Assembly: GCF_048593235.1 (NCBI RefSeq)
Contig: NC_133620.1
Coordinates: 455,357,261-455,421,260 of the forward strand
Length of the DNA stretch: 64,000 nt
Reading direction: 5' to 3'
Origin: Sminthopsis crassicaudata
Lineage: Eukaryota
The notes below the pieces were generated by a model, which made no database searches, had not been told where the DNA came from, and saw nothing but the letters and a program-made list of their open reading frames with translations. The position numbers were made by a program, and so were the translations under genes. Below are positions 61,134 through 64,000 of this stretch, in pieces; within the stretch, counting starts at the first letter, position 1; each line of letters opens with the position of its first letter.

Positions 61134-61345
61134 CTGTTGGCCAGTGATATCCTCACTACGAAAGGCAATGGATTCAAGTTCGTTGCCACGGCTGGTCAGG
61201 GCCCGTAGACAGGAGTCCCGGCTCTCAAACCGCCTCTCAAGGAACTCAATGGACTTTCGGGCCTTTTCTTGGACCACTCGAGCATAGCCCCCGGCCCGAT
61301 GGTCAGTCTCCTGCCCCTTGGCCAGACCATCCAGTTCGTTAATCA
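61134..61345 (-). CDS. SMG6: SMG6 antepenultimate exon (VINELDGLAKGQETDHRAGGYARVVQEKARKSIEFLE...SEDITGQQ)
   Basis: VINELDGL PIN motif. TCAG| and |GTGAGA, 212 nt. Confidence 0.97.
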
Positions 61346-62115
61346 CTGAGAAGAGGTCCAGAGCACACAGATTAGTATTCACACAATTTCTGCCAGTGCA
61401 GACTGGTCACAGCCACTCAGGGGAAGGTCACTTGCCCAAGGGCCATTCCAACTTCTGGGCCTGGGCCCTCTATCCAAGTAACAGCTTGTTTACAAGACTC
61501 AAACTTCTGTGTCAACTCCCTCCCAAGGCCACAGGGCCGATCCACCTGGTGCCGAGCTTCACGGCACACACTGAGGAGAGAAAGGCAGGCAAGGCAAGGG
61601 CCAACTCTGCCTACTTTCTGGGGGCCCCAGGGCCCCAGCTCCAGTGCAGTCCCCTGGTTCTTTGCAATGAGAGGCTCCAGGCTGCTGCCTTTCCTTCCGG
61701 ACTCTGCTGGGCCAGCTTGCCCCTTGCCATTCCTCTCTCCCTCCCTGCAGAATCTCAAAAGGATTTCCTGGGGTTGGTGTTGGAACCACAAGGGTGCCTA
61801 CTGGCCTTAAAGAGAATGTGGCCAAATGGTGTGCCTTTCCCCACAGGGGGAGGGGAGGGGGAGGGCAGGGAGTGCATGTGGCCCAGGGAGGGGAGGTAAA
61901 AGAGCAAGGGGAAATTCCTCTTCCTCTACCTTGGGGACACTTGGAGCAAAAGGGGGTGTGGAAGCTGTCAAGGCCGAGGTTTTAGATGTGCCCGTTAGCA
62001 GAATGGGTGAGGCCACAAGCCAAATGGAGGTGGGGGGGACAGCACCTCAAATGCTTTAAAAGATTAGCAGGGTCCACTGCCTCAGTAAGCCCCTGTCACC
62101 TCTGACACAGCAAGA

Positions 62116-62118
<3 letters not shown>

Positions 62119-62166
<48 letters not shown>
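62119..62166. repeat. (TG)24 microsatellite
   Basis: Direct observation. Confidence 0.97.
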
Positions 62167-62168
<2 letters not shown>

Positions 62169-62372
62169 TGAGACACAGCTCCATTTCTGGTGAAGATTCT
62201 TTCCAAGATTCCAGCCAAAAGCCTGAGATCAAGTGGGAAATATGCACTCCTTGGGGGCTCAGGGAGAGTTTGGGGTCTGAGGCCTCTCCTAAGCACAGTG
62301 ATTCAGAGCCTGGGGAGTCGGCATGAGCAGGCTGTTCCATGGTAAGCCTGGCACTCACTGTCTGGGTATTTA

Positions 62373-62520
62373 NNNNNNNNNNNNNNNNNNNNNNNNNNNN
62401 NNNNNNNNNNNNNNNNNNNNNNNNNNNNNNNNNNNNNNNNNNNNNNNNNNNNNNNNNNNNNNNNNNNNNNNNNNNNNNNNNNNNNNNNNNNNNNNNNNNN
62501 NNNNNNNNNNNNNNNNNNNN
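62373..62520. other. Assembly gap (148 N) flanked by minus-strand splice signals
   Basis: Run of N; see findings. Confidence 1.
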
Positions 62521-63389
62521 CTGGGGGGGAAGGGGGAGGGGAGCGGTACAGCAGCCAGAGGAACATCAAACAGGAAAAGCTGGTATCCCATCCCCAAATC
62601 CGCTTTCCTGCTCCAAACCAAACAGGCTTCAAAGGGAGGCTTGTTTGTGCTTCTGCACCAGGCAGGACTTCTCAATGCTGGGGTCAGGCTTGAGGAGAAG
62701 GAGCGGGTTAAAGGGCAAGAGAAAGAGGCCCAGTGGAAAGCTGTGGACTTCACCCCTTGCTGCCCGGATGGAAGAGGAACTGGTCCCTGGAGTGCCTGGG
62801 CCTGCAGGCCCTGAAAGCCTGAAGCGGGTCAGAGAGAGGGTGGTTGGGGCTGCAGTATCTTACGGACCAGAGTCTTCTCTATAAATTTTCATACTTATAA
62901 TCCAAACTTGCTTGTCTATATGCTCTTTGCTTCCCCAATTAAGACTGCAAGCTTGTCCTCGAGAAGGGTCATTCTGTAAAACATGGAAGCACCTTCGAGA
63001 TGTCTGCAACATCTGCCTTCGGGGAGCCTGGAGGATGCCACCTGGCCCAAAGGGCCCCCCAAGCTCATCCCTTGCTGGGCTCACAGTTGGTCCACTTCCA
63101 CTCACTGTCTCTCTGACCTTCTGGGCTGCCCAGACCAAGCCAGGCATGGCAGAATATGGCTGCTCTACACCCCAGGGCTCAGGGAAGGAGGGACGGTTAT
63201 GAGAATGGAGTAGAGACCAGCCTCTCTTGGGCGATATGCTTTGGGGACACGAATGGCTGTTCTCTCAGGGAAGCTTTTGCCCGGGATACGCTGGAGCTGC
63301 CTTCTATCATGTAGAAGGTTCTCTCCAGAATCTCCACTCAGAATCCTGTTCTCTATTTCTGCCTTCTGCCTTTCCTGGCTGGATGGCAG

Positions 63390-63550
63390 GGGCATGCTGG
63401 AGCCAGCTCTCACTGGCTCTTGAGATGCAATTGTTAAATTTTCAGTAAAAACATTTATGCCTCAGAAATCAGCAAACTGCTAAAAATCAAGGTTTGATTT
63501 CTCATTTTGTTGATCATCTAGACTTTAGAAAATGTTAAGAGAACATCTGA
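63390..63550 (-). mobile_element. MER63-like hAT remnant (inverted relative to the copy at 2009-2226)
   Basis: GCTGGAGCCAGCTC...CAATTGTTAAATTTTCAG...AAATCAGCAAAC is the reverse complement of the same family ends. Confidence 0.55.
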
Positions 63551-64000
63551 ATGATCCAGACAAAATGTCAAGCTGTGCTGTGTGCATCTATTTTTTCCTC
63601 ACAAAAGCTGATTATTAAATATTTCCTAGCATATGGCTGTTATTCCCTCTGCCAGGGGATGTGGCCTCTCAGGAAGGTGCCAACAGAGGTATGTTTCCTG
63701 TGACAATCTGGGGGCTGATCATCCCTCTGGGGCAGTGACCTCGTACCTTCTTCCCCCAGCTCAGGGCAGGGAAGCAGCAGCAGAAGTGGAGCTCTGGGCA
63801 GATTTCCCCCTGCTCCCAAGGAACAGGACTCCTTGGCAACAGTCCCCCCGCCAACCTGACACATTGTCAAGACCCTGTCTGATGGAAGAGTGCCAAGATG
63901 CCAGGACACAGGGCAGATCTCTCAAAACAGAAGCCCAAGGCGTCTCCGTCTTCCCAAGACCGGGCCGAGCTTCCGAGAGGCTGACACCCAACCAGTGCCA

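Overview
Mammalian genomic DNA, very probably from an Australian marsupial (inferred from WSINE1-type and Mar1-type SINEs and a marsupial-style L1 tail). It is the orthologue of the human 17p13.3 block RTN4RL1 - DPH1 - OVCA2 - MIR132/MIR212 - HIC1 - SMG6. Bases 1-24074 are the proximal part of RTN4RL1 intron 1 (minus strand; 13-nt coding exon 1 at 24075-24087) and are rich in SINEs and LINEs. DPH1 is complete (12 coding exons, 444 aa). OVCA2 is complete (2 exons, 222 aa) and starts 176 nt after the DPH1 stop. The miR-212/132 cluster is on the minus strand with a recognisable TATA/CRE/MEF2 promoter and an RE1 site. HIC1 is complete apart from a 148-nt gap in the BTB domain. The last three coding exons and the 3' UTR of SMG6 close the window. 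There are seven N-gaps. I did not find a wholly new gene system: the long GC-rich ORFs in the track are CpG-island artefacts. The most unexpected signals are (1) an intronless, 3'-truncated ANO4 retrocopy in RTN4RL1 intron 1, interrupted by a WSINE1; (2) no splice donor after the DPH1 stop, which predicts a bicistronic or NMD-sensitive DPH1-OVCA2 transcript; (3) a frameshifted HIC1 exon-1b N-terminal extension; and (4) an N-gap in SMG6 flanked by splice signals that may hide an exon. Comparisons with human sequences are from memory, not from a database search.
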